From: Pyrinomonadaceae bacterium
GTDB taxonomy: Bacteria; Acidobacteriota; Blastocatellia; Pyrinomonadales; Pyrinomonadaceae
Assembly (NCBI GenBank): GCA_031389475.1
Contig: JANMSP010000422.1
Location: 1 to 33,356 of the forward strand
Length of the DNA: 33,356 nt
Reading direction: 5' to 3'
A program made the position numbers and the translations under genes. The notes beneath the pieces are model-generated. The model was not told where the DNA came from. It was given only the letters and a program-made list of their open reading frames with translations, and did not search any database. How positions within the stretch are numbered: position 1 is the stretch's first letter; each line of letters opens with the position of its first letter. Positions 1 through 8,915 of the stretch are shown one piece after another.

Positions 1-16
1 GTCCATTCTCACAATG

Positions 17-271
17 CTAGTGCTGTGTAATATAAGTTTCCTAATTTTGTGTCGCGTAGTGACCTCATGAGTTTAGCCGTGGGTTTAAACCCACGGTATG
101 CTATAAAAAGATTCCTCGTCGCGTCAGCGACGGCTGATATCAAAGGTGTGATTCAATTGCCGCTGACGCGGCAAGAAAACCGTTGCCTTTATTCCGTGGG
201 TTGAAACCCACGGCTGAATTCAAGCTATCGCTACGCGATACAGTCTACGAACTTAGATTATAGTCCACTAG
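17..271. mobile_element. MITE-like long imperfect palindrome, copy A, with family termini but a different interior
   Basis: The left end CTAGTGCTGTGTAATATAAGTT (17-38) is roughly the reverse complement of the right end AACTTAGATTATAGTCCACTAG (250-271). The same terminus occurs at 17893, 19805 and 19996. The interior is mirror-symmetric and holds two mini-palindromes, CCGTGGGTTTAAACCCACGG (77-96) and CCGTGGGTTGAAACCCACGG (194-213), plus the arms CGTCGCGTCAGCGACGGC and GCCGCTGACGCGGC. Confidence 0.6.
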
Positions 272-289
272 CACCTCTAACTTTTTCTT

Positions 290-319
290 TTGAAAATATC
301 CCCTGGTTTTAGCTATAAT
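290..319 (+). promoter_or_regulatory. Sigma70-like promoter candidate for the ABC operon
   Basis: TTGAAA (290-295), an 18-nt spacer, then a perfect TATAAT (314-319). It lies about 78 nt upstream of the ATG at 397. A CGGTGT...ACACCG hairpin sits in the leader. Confidence 0.45.
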
Positions 320-396
320 ATTGATCGCCGGTGTATTCGCACTACACACCGTCGCAATAATTCCTAAACATTTGATCAGCTTTCCATTCGTTCCAT

Positions 397-1191
397 ATGA
401 ATCCGATTAAACCCTCTTTAATTCATCAATTAAAGGCCATTGCCGGAAACACCTTCCGCGAGGCGGTTCGCGACCGCATCCTTTATAATCTGGTCGTCTT
501 TGTGCTGCTGATAATTGCCTGCGCAATAATACTTGGGGATCTTACCGACGGGCACGAAGCCCGCACCATCGTGAACATCGGGTTGAACGCGATTTTAGTG
601 TTCGGAACATTTATCGCTATCTTTGTGGGCATCGGCCTGGTTTCGAAAGAGATTGAAAAACGGACGGTCTATGCGATTTTTTCAAAACCTGTTGGACGCG
701 GTGTTTTCATCATCGGCAAATATCTCGGGTTGTGCCTGACACTTCTCGTCAACGTTGCAATTATGGGAGCCGGTGTGACTATCGCATTGCTTTATGTTGG
801 CGGTAATTCTCTAGTCGGCCCGGCGTGGGGAAGTATAATCCTGATATTTCTCGAACTTGCGATAATTACAGGTGTCGCGGTTTTGTTTTCGTCATTTTCA
901 TCGCCTTCGCTTTCCGCACTACTCACATTTTTCGTATTTATTATCGGGCACATGAGTTCTTCGCTGCGCGATCTGGCAGCGTCCCTGGGTTCCCGTGCGG
1001 CCGTGATCTTTTTTGAAACGATCTATTACTTATTGCCAAACCTGGCCCATTTCAGCTTTCGAACCGAGGCTGCAAACGGTCTGATTCCGAGCGGTTCAAT
1101 GCTAAGCGGCGCGGCGGTCTACGCCCTGGTCTATATAGCGATCCTGTTGACCCTCACGATCCTGATATTCAGCCGCCGGAATTTTAAATGA
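397..1191 (+). CDS. ABC-2 family (NosY-like) transporter permease
   Basis: A 264-aa polytopic membrane protein. The N-terminal ...NTFREAVRDRILY... segment followed by about 6 hydrophobic helices is typical of ABC-2 permeases. Its stop overlaps the next ORF's start (ATGA). Confidence 0.8.
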   Translation: MNPIKPSLIHQLKAIAGNTFREAVRDRILYNLVVFVLLIIACAIILGDLTDGHEARTIVNIGLNAILVFGTFIAIFVGIGLVSKEIEKRTVYAIFSKPVGRGVFIIGKYLGLCLTLLVNVAIMGAGVTIALLYVGGNSLVGPAWGSIILIFLELAIITGVAVLFSSFSSPSLSALLTFFVFIIGHMSSSLRDLAASLGSRAAVIFFETIYYLLPNLAHFSFRTEAANGLIPSGSMLSGAAVYALVYIAILLTLTILIFSRRNFK

Positions 1192-2117
1192 TGCAAGGCT
1201 CATTAAAAATAATTTCAATAGCTTTTGCGATTGTCGTTTTCGGGTTCGGCCTGGTCTTTACCCTGAGCAATTTTCTTGAACGCAATCGTGTATTACTGCC
1301 TCAGGGATACGAGGACGCAGATCTCACTCTTGAAGGTAAACGGTTGAATGGATTCGCTCTTGGCGCCGAAGGGTTGATTGCCGATTGGTACTGGATGAAA
1401 TCCCTGCAGTATGTCGGTGATAAGATCGTAAAAGTCGAATTAGCCAATGTTAATCTCGAAGATTTAAGTTCGCTTAATCCCCGACTGCTATATCCTTATC
1501 TGGACAACGCGACGGACCTGGATCCCAAATTTATGGCGGCTTATTCTTACGGAGCCAGTGTTTTGCCGGCCGTTGATCCGGCGAAAGCTATCCTTTTGAT
1601 TGAGAAAGGCATTAAAAATAATCCTGGTCAGTGGCGGTTGTATCACAATCTCGGATACATTCACTGGCGGCTGAAGGACTACGAAAAGGCCGGACAGATC
1701 TACAAACAAGGCTCGGAGATCGAAGGCTCGGCGGCGTTTATGAAGTTGATGGCGGCCTCGATGCATAACCAGGGCGGAAGCCGTGAAACCGCGCGTTCGA
1801 TGTACGTTCAAATGCTGAACCAGGCCCAGGACAAGCAGACGAAGGGCAATGCCGAATTCCGGTTGAAGGAGCTGAATGCACTCGATGAAAGGGACGCGAT
1901 TCGCGCGGTGATCAAAAAGGCCAAGGAATCAACGGGCCGCTGCCCCCAATCCTGGAACGAAGTTTTGCCGCTGCTGCGGTCGGTAAAACTCCCCGGCGGG
2001 AATGAATTCCGTGTAGATAAAGCGAATAATATTGCCGATCCGAACGGTGACCCTTACATTCTCGACCGGGAAAAGTGCGATATTTCTCTCAGCCCTAAAT
2101 CAAGATTTGATCGATAA
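1188..2117 (+). CDS. Membrane-anchored TPR-like protein encoded inside the ABC operon
   Basis: 309 aa with one N-terminal hydrophobic helix (ISIAFAIVVFGFGLVFTL). TPR-like helical repeats follow (YHNLGYIHWRLKDYEKAGQIY...). It is translationally coupled to the flanking genes. Confidence 0.65.
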   Translation: MMQGSLKIISIAFAIVVFGFGLVFTLSNFLERNRVLLPQGYEDADLTLEGKRLNGFALGAEGLIADWYWMKSLQYVGDKIVKVELANVNLEDLSSLNPRLLYPYLDNATDLDPKFMAAYSYGASVLPAVDPAKAILLIEKGIKNNPGQWRLYHNLGYIHWRLKDYEKAGQIYKQGSEIEGSAAFMKLMAASMHNQGGSRETARSMYVQMLNQAQDKQTKGNAEFRLKELNALDERDAIRAVIKKAKESTGRCPQSWNEVLPLLRSVKLPGGNEFRVDKANNIADPNGDPYILDREKCDISLSPKSRFDR

Positions 2118-2122
2118 ACTTT

Positions 2123-3055
2123 ATGGAAGCAATAGTAGAGATCTCCAATTTAACGAAGGATTACGAAACCGGTTTCTGGCGAAAGAAAAAGGTACGGGCA
2201 CTCGACGATCTTAGTTTGAACGTCAAGAGCGGCCAAATTTTCGGCTTCCTCGGCGGAAACGGCGCCGGAAAAACGACGACCATCAAAATCTTGATGAGCC
2301 TGCTGTTCGCGAGTTCGGGTACGGCAAAGATTCTCGGGCGTGAGATTTCGGATTCGAATATGCATTCGTCGATCGGCTATTGCCCGGAAAATCCGTATTT
2401 TTACGATTACCTGACGGCCCGCGAATTGATGAACTATTTCGGCGAGCTATTCGGCATTGAAACCGCAAAACGACGAGAAAAGACGGCGGAACTGCTAACA
2501 AGTGTAGGCCTCGCGGAAAAAGACTGGGACAAGCAGCTGCGGAAGTTTTCAAAAGGAATGCTCCAGCGTGTGGGCCTCGCGCAATCGCTCGTAAACGATC
2601 CTGAGATCGTTATTATGGATGAGCCGATGAGCGGCCTCGACCCGATGGGCCGCCGCGAAATTCGCGAATTGATCTCCGGCTTGCGTGATAAAGGCACGAC
2701 TGTTTTTATGTCCACGCACATTCTTTCGGATGTCGAAGCGTTGTGCGACGAGGTCGCGATCCTTCGAAACGGCAAACTCGCCGCGACTGGAAATCTTGAA
2801 GAACTTCTCGCGAGCGGCGGCGAACAGCAATCCTTCGAAATTAATCTTAAAGGCTTGTCGCCGGCTGTGTTCGATTCAACTGCCGGAGCCATAGTCACCG
2901 CAAAGGGCAGCGGCACGAGCGTGGTAGTATTGAGCGAAAACGAGGTCGAGAACGTATTGCGGATCAGCAGTGAGGCGGGCGGTAAATTAATCTCGGTTCA
3001 ATCGGTAAAACAATCTCTTGAAGAATTATTTGTGGAGCAGACATCGAAAACTTAG
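2123..3055 (+). CDS. ABC transporter ATP-binding protein
   Basis: Walker A GGNGAGKTT, signature FSKGMLQRVGLA, Walker B IVIMDEP and an H-loop STH, plus a C-terminal accessory domain. Confidence 0.93.
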   Translation: MEAIVEISNLTKDYETGFWRKKKVRALDDLSLNVKSGQIFGFLGGNGAGKTTTIKILMSLLFASSGTAKILGREISDSNMHSSIGYCPENPYFYDYLTARELMNYFGELFGIETAKRREKTAELLTSVGLAEKDWDKQLRKFSKGMLQRVGLAQSLVNDPEIVIMDEPMSGLDPMGRREIRELISGLRDKGTTVFMSTHILSDVEALCDEVAILRNGKLAATGNLEELLASGGEQQSFEINLKGLSPAVFDSTAGAIVTAKGSGTSVVVLSENEVENVLRISSEAGGKLISVQSVKQSLEELFVEQTSKT

Positions 3056-3057
3056 CA

Positions 3058-3567
3058 TTATTCGATTCTGATCGCCGTTACCTTCCACCGGATATTCGCC
3101 CGGTCATCGGTTTCGTCGAAACCGTCCAAGCTTAGTGTAATAGGAATCGTGTCTTCCGGCCCGAGCCGTTCTCGCTGCGTGGGTATCACCAGTACGCGCT
3201 TTTCCCGAAGCACCGCGTTGAACTGATCGACGACTGCCACGTTCACCTCCAGACCATTAATATTATTCGTTCCTTTATTGCGAATATTGCCGGTGATGAA
3301 CATCGAAATTTTGCCGAAAGCATTTGGCGACTGCACAGTGCGCGGATCGGTCGAGATGATAATGTCTTTAGTTATCCGTTGGAATTCCGGCGAACCTTCG
3401 CGGAATGAACCTTCCAATATCGATGCCATCTGATCTTCCATCGATGGGCGGAACGACATCGCGAAAATAGCAGCTGCGATAAGCGCAACGCCGACCAGGC
3501 CGCCGATGATGAGGATTTTACTATTGCCTTTTTTTTCTTCAGTTTGCTCGAGCAGCATTATGTTCAA
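3058..3567 (-). CDS. Hypothetical single-pass membrane protein
   Basis: A 169-aa ORF with one N-terminal TM helix (ILIIGGLVGVALIAAAIFAM). I recognise no family. Confidence 0.6.
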   Translation of the reverse strand: MNIMLLEQTEEKKGNSKILIIGGLVGVALIAAAIFAMSFRPSMEDQMASILEGSFREGSPEFQRITKDIIISTDPRTVQSPNAFGKISMFITGNIRNKGTNNINGLEVNVAVVDQFNAVLREKRVLVIPTQRERLGPEDTIPITLSLDGFDETDDRANIRWKVTAIRIE

Positions 3568-3698
3568 TAACCTCTTTCTACTTAGACCAATGTTTTCCTA
3601 AAAAGTTCCAATAGGTTATCATTTTAGACATCGAACCTAAAACCTCTAAAAGCAGCGAAACGGCCGCTCATTATGTCGAGGTAGCTCTTCCGCTTCCC

Positions 3699-6119
3699 TT
3701 GCGGCGAACATTTACCTACCGGCTTCCAATCGGATTTGGCGGCCTCGTAAAGCCCGGTTCGCGGCTGCTTGTACCGTTCGGAAAACGCAGCCTGACCGGA
3801 TATACCGTCGCTCTTTCAGCGGAACTCGATCCTGAACTCGGTATAGACGAATCCGTCGTAAAAGATGCTGCCGTACTGCTCGACGAAGAACCGCTGCTGA
3901 CCGAAGAAATACTCGCCCTCACGCAGTGGACCGCGGATTATTACGCCGCGTCGTGGGGCGAAATTCTAAAAGCTTCGCTTCCTGCCGGAATCAACACGGC
4001 AAGTGAAATGGTCGTACAGATCACCGAAACCGGACGTGAAGAGCTTCAAAAGATTCCAAGTGCATCATCGGTTCGCAGCCAAATTCTTCGCTTCATTGCT
4101 GACAACGCCGACGTGTCACGTCGCGGACTTGTAAAAGAATTTGGCGAAGCGAATGCGAAACGCGGCATTCGTGAGTTGGTCGCAAAAGGCCTGCTTTCGA
4201 CTCACCAGCGAAACGTCACCACGAAGGTAAAAGTAAAGCTTCGCAAGGCCGTCCGCCTCGTTGCGGAAAACGCTGCTGATGTCGAACCAAAGCCACTCAC
4301 GCCCGTTCAACAGAAAATAATCGATACGACTGCGGAAAGCGGCGGCGAAATATTGTTCACGGAACTCATTGAAAAGGCAGATGTCGGTGCCTCATCGATC
4401 AATACGCTGGCAAAACGAGGGCTGATCGAAATATTTGTACAGGAAGTCTTGCGTGACCCGCTGGCGAATGCGGAATTTCCTACACTCGATGATCTGATAT
4501 TGAATGCTGAACAGTCTTTTGCTCTTAAAGAAATACAGAAAGCTCTGGAATCGAACAGCTACAAGGCCTTTCTGCTTCGCGGCGTAACGGGCAGCGGTAA
4601 AACCGAGGTTTATATCCGGGCAATGCGTAGTGCCCTGGACAGCGGCAAATCCGCGTTAATGCTTGTGCCTGAAATTGCCCTTACGCCGATCTTTTCCCGA
4701 CGGCTGCGCGTTATTTTTGGCGATGAGGTTGCAATTCTTCACTCAAATCTTTCGCCCGGCGAGCGTTTTGACGAATGGCGGCGAATACGAAAAGGTCAGG
4801 CCAGGATTGCTATCGGAACCCGGTCTGCCGTCTTCGCTCCGCTGCAGAATATCGGGCTGGTAATTGTTGACGAAGAACATGACGGCTCGTATCGACAACA
4901 CGAAGCTCCGTATTACGGCGCCCGTGACGTAGCCGTTATGCGGGCAAATCTCGCGAATGCCACAGTTATTTTGGGTTCAGCAACTCCGGCGCTCGAAACT
5001 TTTCAGAATGCAAAGGACGGAAAATACCAGTATCTTCAATTGCAAAATCGTATCGGCGGGCGCCCGCTCGCTAAAGCTGAATTGATCGATATGCGGGACG
5101 TTTTTCGCCAGGCCGGCAAGGACATTTCGCTTTCACCGCAGCTCATTGAAGGAATACTGGAAACCCATTCAAAAGGCGAGCAGTCGATAATCCTGTTAAA
5201 CCGCCGTGGTTTTTCGCAGTTTGTCCTTTGCCGGACATGCGGCGAGAGCCTTAGATGCAAAAACTGCGACATTACGCTTACATATCATAAACGCGATTCG
5301 CGGCTCGTATGCCATTATTGCGGTCATAATGTGGCCGTTCCGAACAATTGCCCGTTTTGCAAAAGTGAGTTTCTGTATTTCATCGGTGAAGGCACCGAGC
5401 AACTTGAGGTCACGCTGAATAAAAAATTCCCGGACCTCCGCATTGCCCGCATTGACCGCGACACGATGGCCAAACGCGGCGAAATGGCGAAGATATTGAT
5501 CGGATTCGATAATGGCGAGATAGATATGCTGGTCGGGACGCAGATGCTGGCGAAGGGGCACGATTTTCACAATGTCACGCTGGTCGGCGTGATCTCCGTT
5601 GACACTGGTTTAGGTCTTCCCGATTTTCGCTCGGCGGAAAGGACGTTTCAGCTTCTAACTCAAGTTGCGGGGCGTGCCGGACGCGGCGGTTTGCCTGGAC
5701 GCGTGATGATCCAAACATATTATCCGGAACACTATGCTTTGCGCCACGCTCGCGAGCAGGATTTCGAGGCTTTCTTTACCGAAGAAATGCGTTACCGGAA
5801 ACGGATGAGTTATCCGCCATTTGTGGTGCTGGCGTCCATCCTAATTAAACACGAGGATTATAAACACGCTCTCGAAAATGGGCAGTTATTGAAGAAGTGT
5901 TTAGATAATGCGAATACGGAAAAAGCGTGCAGGATATTGGGAGTGGCACCCGCGTCACTGTCGCGGCTGAAAGGTGAATACCGGCTTCAGATTCTGATCA
6001 AATCCGAAAGTCGGCAAAAGCTGAGAGAACTTCTTGATTTCGGGCTGAGCGAAGCCGAAACGAGCGAATGCGACTTGCGAATAGTCCACGTAGAGATTGA
6101 TCCTGTGAGTTTAATGTAA
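3699..6119 (+). CDS. priA: Primosomal protein N' (replication restart helicase PriA)
   Basis: Walker A GVTGSGKT, DEEH box (VDEEHD), and Cys-rich zinc motifs CRTCG...CKNCD...CHYCG...CPFC. The annotated TTG start is doubtful because PriA-like sequence continues upstream in frame (see finding). Confidence 0.93.
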   Translation: MRRTFTYRLPIGFGGLVKPGSRLLVPFGKRSLTGYTVALSAELDPELGIDESVVKDAAVLLDEEPLLTEEILALTQWTADYYAASWGEILKASLPAGINTASEMVVQITETGREELQKIPSASSVRSQILRFIADNADVSRRGLVKEFGEANAKRGIRELVAKGLLSTHQRNVTTKVKVKLRKAVRLVAENAADVEPKPLTPVQQKIIDTTAESGGEILFTELIEKADVGASSINTLAKRGLIEIFVQEVLRDPLANAEFPTLDDLILNAEQSFALKEIQKALESNSYKAFLLRGVTGSGKTEVYIRAMRSALDSGKSALMLVPEIALTPIFSRRLRVIFGDEVAILHSNLSPGERFDEWRRIRKGQARIAIGTRSAVFAPLQNIGLVIVDEEHDGSYRQHEAPYYGARDVAVMRANLANATVILGSATPALETFQNAKDGKYQYLQLQNRIGGRPLAKAELIDMRDVFRQAGKDISLSPQLIEGILETHSKGEQSIILLNRRGFSQFVLCRTCGESLRCKNCDITLTYHKRDSRLVCHYCGHNVAVPNNCPFCKSEFLYFIGEGTEQLEVTLNKKFPDLRIARIDRDTMAKRGEMAKILIGFDNGEIDMLVGTQMLAKGHDFHNVTLVGVISVDTGLGLPDFRSAERTFQLLTQVAGRAGRGGLPGRVMIQTYYPEHYALRHAREQDFEAFFTEEMRYRKRMSYPPFVVLASILIKHEDYKHALENGQLLKKCLDNANTEKACRILGVAPASLSRLKGEYRLQILIKSESRQKLRELLDFGLSEAETSECDLRIVHVEIDPVSLM

Positions 6120-6121
6120 AA

Positions 6122-6163
6122 ATGGCGGCTCGCAGTCAAGAATCCTCAACTGCCAACCGCCAT
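6122..6163 (-). terminator. Two-tier hairpin between convergent priA and the Uma2 gene, a possible terminator
   Basis: ATGGCGG (6122-6128) pairs with CCGCCAT (6157-6163), and inner GCAGT (6132-6136) pairs with ACTGC (6149-6153). On the minus strand the stem is followed by TTTT(T)AC. There is no T-run on the plus strand. Confidence 0.35.
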
Positions 6164-6179
6164 CTGAGTGGTGCCACTA

Positions 6180-6791
6180 CTAATTGACTGCTTTAGAGCT
6201 GAATTCAGCCTGTTTGAATTTAATCTGGGCGTAGAGTTCCGCGAGCGAGATTTTGGTATTGATAGAATCAAGCGAGATCACATCGTCACGTTCGTTATAA
6301 ATGCGATAGATCCACTGCTTCTGGTTCTGCTTGGCATAATGCTCGACACGCATTTCGTCCTCTTTTACCAAAAAACACTCTTTAATACTTTCCATCTCAA
6401 GAAAGCTTTCGAGTTTCTTGGTCTTGTCCGAAGAATTCGTTTCGTTCGAAAATATTTCCAGTACCAATGTCGGATTCAGCAGTACATCGCTATTCTGATC
6501 GCTGAATTTCGGCTCGCCGTTTACGATCACAACGTCCGGATAGCAGACAAAATTATTCGGCAGCTTTACCCGCATGTTGCCGATGTATATCTCGCATTTA
6601 TGGCCGTGCATACGGCTTCCGACCGCAATCGCAGCGTTTGATACGATCATACTGTGCGACCTGTTCGATCCGGCGCGTGCAAGCACACGTCCATCAATGA
6701 ATTCGTTTCTCGTGGAGCTGTGGCGTTCGGACATAAGATATTCTTCAGCTGAACTCTTCTTTACGGGCTGATTTAGGATTTTTTCGTTCAT
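6180..6791 (-). CDS. Uma2-family (DUF820) PD-(D/E)xK endonuclease-like protein
   Basis: It contains NEFIDGRV..., YPDVVIV, LVLEIFSNET..DKTKK and a ...ECFLV... layout, as in the Uma2 family. I start it at MNEKILNQ (ATG at 6791, with AGGAG upstream) rather than at 6908. It looks AT-richer than its neighbours by eye. Confidence 0.75.
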   Translation of the reverse strand: MNEKILNQPVKKSSAEEYLMSERHSSTRNEFIDGRVLARAGSNRSHSMIVSNAAIAVGSRMHGHKCEIYIGNMRVKLPNNFVCYPDVVIVNGEPKFSDQNSDVLLNPTLVLEIFSNETNSSDKTKKLESFLEMESIKECFLVKEDEMRVEHYAKQNQKQWIYRIYNERDDVISLDSINTKISLAELYAQIKFKQAEFSSKAVN

Positions 6792-6928
6792 TCTGCTGTC
6801 TCTCCTGGATTTTGGTACTGCGTCGATTGAGGAAAGTGGGCAACAAATACTGGGCGCATTGCTTGGGCAATTATAGTCTGCTAAAAATAGTGTTGCATAT
6901 CGATGCACAATTTTTCAAGGATAATTCT

Positions 6929-7945
6929 ATGAAACTTACCGAACTGGCCGAAAGAACGCACTCAAAGATCGAACAGGGATCGCCGAAGATGGAGATTAGC
7001 GGAGCCTCCGGCATGGACATTGCCGGCCCTAATGACATCACTTTTTTGGCTAATCCGAAATATACGCCGCAGATCGGCACCACTAAAGCCGGGGCTATAT
7101 TCCTGAATGAAAACGTCACGATAAACCGGCCGGATCTAGCCGTTTTGCGGGCGAAGGATTCGTATTTGGCGTATACGCGTTCGTTGAGAATCTTTCATCC
7201 TGATGTTGAGGTTCAGGCATTTGTTCACGCACGCTCAGTTATAGATGAATCGGCCGATGTATCCCCAGAAGCGGAGATTCACGCAAACGTAGTAATAGGA
7301 AAGAACTGCCGTGTCGCGGCTGGTGTAAAACTTTTTCCGAACGTAACGCTTTACGACGGTGTTTCTATCGGCCGGAATTCCGTCATACATTCCGGTGTAT
7401 CAATCCGCGAAAACTGCGAGATCGGTGAAAACTGTATTATTCATAATAATTCAACTATTGGTCCCGATGGTTTCGGATACGCAAAGGACGAGCAGAAACA
7501 TTGGTTAAAAATCCCGCAAACCGGCCGGGTCGTGCTCGAAAATGATGTGGAGATCGGCGCAAATACGGCGATAGATTGCGCATCTGTCGGCGAAACCCGC
7601 ATCAAGCGCGGTGCAAAGATCGATAATCTGGTTCAGATCGGCCATTCATGCACAATCGATGAGGACGCCCTGATCTGCTCGCAAACCGGCCTTGCGGGAA
7701 GCTCCATTATCGGAAAAAGGGTAATTCTTGCTGGCCAGGTCGGCATCGCCGGCCACCTTAAGGTCGGAGACGACGCCGTAATTACAGCTAAATCCGCCAC
7801 GAGCCACGACGTTGAAAACGGAAAAATTATTTCCGGTATTCCGGCATTCGACAATCGTGAATGGCTGCGTTCGACGGCGGCATATAGAAAGCTCGGCGAA
7901 ATGGCGCAAAGGCTTCGCAAACTGGAGAAAAAAATAGACCAGTAA
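6929..7945 (+). CDS. lpxD: UDP-3-O-acylglucosamine N-acyltransferase
   Basis: The N-terminal domain (MKLTELAE...ISGASGMDIAGPNDITFLANPKY) is followed by a long hexapeptide-repeat left-handed beta-helix and a C-terminal helix. The start is taken at the ATG at 6929. Confidence 0.9.
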   Translation: MKLTELAERTHSKIEQGSPKMEISGASGMDIAGPNDITFLANPKYTPQIGTTKAGAIFLNENVTINRPDLAVLRAKDSYLAYTRSLRIFHPDVEVQAFVHARSVIDESADVSPEAEIHANVVIGKNCRVAAGVKLFPNVTLYDGVSIGRNSVIHSGVSIRENCEIGENCIIHNNSTIGPDGFGYAKDEQKHWLKIPQTGRVVLENDVEIGANTAIDCASVGETRIKRGAKIDNLVQIGHSCTIDEDALICSQTGLAGSSIIGKRVILAGQVGIAGHLKVGDDAVITAKSATSHDVENGKIISGIPAFDNREWLRSTAAYRKLGEMAQRLRKLEKKIDQ

Positions 7946-7963
7946 GATTATAGTCCTTTGCGG

Positions 7964-8809
7964 TCAAAATGGCGGCAGACGGCTCATGCCGAGCGATGCG
8001 CGACTAATGTAAAGCCGTTCCAAAACCAAGTGATCCCGCCATGGATTGAACGAATTCGGCGGTTTCATCCATCGCGATACGGTCTTCGCAAGCGGTTCTT
8101 TCTCCGCAAAATGGCGAAGTGCCATAACGGCTTCCACATTTTCGACAAGGTATTGATACGCCGTCGATTTAGAAACCGACTCAAGCCGTTTATAGGTTCG
8201 ATAAAAACGCGTAGCCCCGCGACAGGCCAGGTACACATTCTGCATCTGCAAAGCGAAGAATTCTTCAGCATTCTCGTTGTCCGCGACCGGCTTCGCGGAA
8301 TTAGTAACATCGTATCCTACCTGTCCATTCCGATAAGCGTGCACTAACTCATGGAAAAGTATGTCGTCCGCACCCATCCACCTTTTGGAAGCCGAGTTAA
8401 AATCCGTTGGATTGTAATAGAGCCTAACGCCTCCGCCTTCCTTAGGCTGCCCCGGAAAAACGTACGCTCCGCATGCGCACTGCGTTTTATCGAGGTAATC
8501 CAGGGGTACGATCCAATACTTCTGATTTCGATTGAGGGAATCGAAAAGAAGTCGTCCAATGTCAGTCGAATAAATGATCTGCAGTTGGCGGTAAACATCA
8601 TTCTCAAAAGCGATCGAGTCGGAGCGCGGGTTCTTGTCCTCCATGATCTCGTACAGCCGCTTACCGGTGTAATCCAGCCACGTCATCATCTTGTAGTCCT
8701 CCATATCGACAAAGGCGACCCGCTGCCTCATCCGAACTTCCTCCCATCGGCCGGGATGATTGATGTAAATCGGATAGTTGCTGAATTGTCTCATGAAAGT
8801 GTTCGGCAT
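7964..8809 (-). CDS. HExxH zinc-metalloprotease-like protein (effector/toxin-type, possibly M91/NleD-like)
   Basis: 281 aa with no signal peptide. It has FHELVHAY (HExxH) followed about 25 aa later by NENAEEFFALQMQNVY, a candidate third ligand. RLYYNP precedes the motif. The family assignment is from memory only. Confidence 0.6.
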   Translation of the reverse strand: MPNTFMRQFSNYPIYINHPGRWEEVRMRQRVAFVDMEDYKMMTWLDYTGKRLYEIMEDKNPRSDSIAFENDVYRQLQIIYSTDIGRLLFDSLNRNQKYWIVPLDYLDKTQCACGAYVFPGQPKEGGGVRLYYNPTDFNSASKRWMGADDILFHELVHAYRNGQVGYDVTNSAKPVADNENAEEFFALQMQNVYLACRGATRFYRTYKRLESVSKSTAYQYLVENVEAVMALRHFAEKEPLAKTVSRWMKPPNSFNPWRDHLVLERLYISRASLGMSRLPPF

Positions 8810-8880
8810 CTTGCAGCCGGAGCGCTTATATCTCGGTGAATCTTATTGAATGGAATTATATTTTCGCGATGCAGAACTAT

Positions 8881-8909
8881 TTGTAGTTTTGCCGGGTATT
8901 TGACATTAT
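8881..8909 (+). promoter_or_regulatory. Promoter candidate for msrB, implying a leaderless mRNA
   Basis: TTGTAG (8881-8886), a 17-nt spacer, then CATTAT (8904-8909). The ATG at 8916 is the 7th nt after the -10 hexamer, and there is no SD sequence. Confidence 0.3.
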
Positions 8910-8915
8910 TGAATC

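Noticed and set aside
6792-6928. Mutually overlapping N-terminal extensions of the Uma2 ORF (to 6908) and the lpxD ORF (from 6812).
   Set aside because: Divergent genes cannot both use the same 100 bp. The internal starts (6791 with AGGAG, and 6929 giving MKLTELAE) yield family-typical N-termini.
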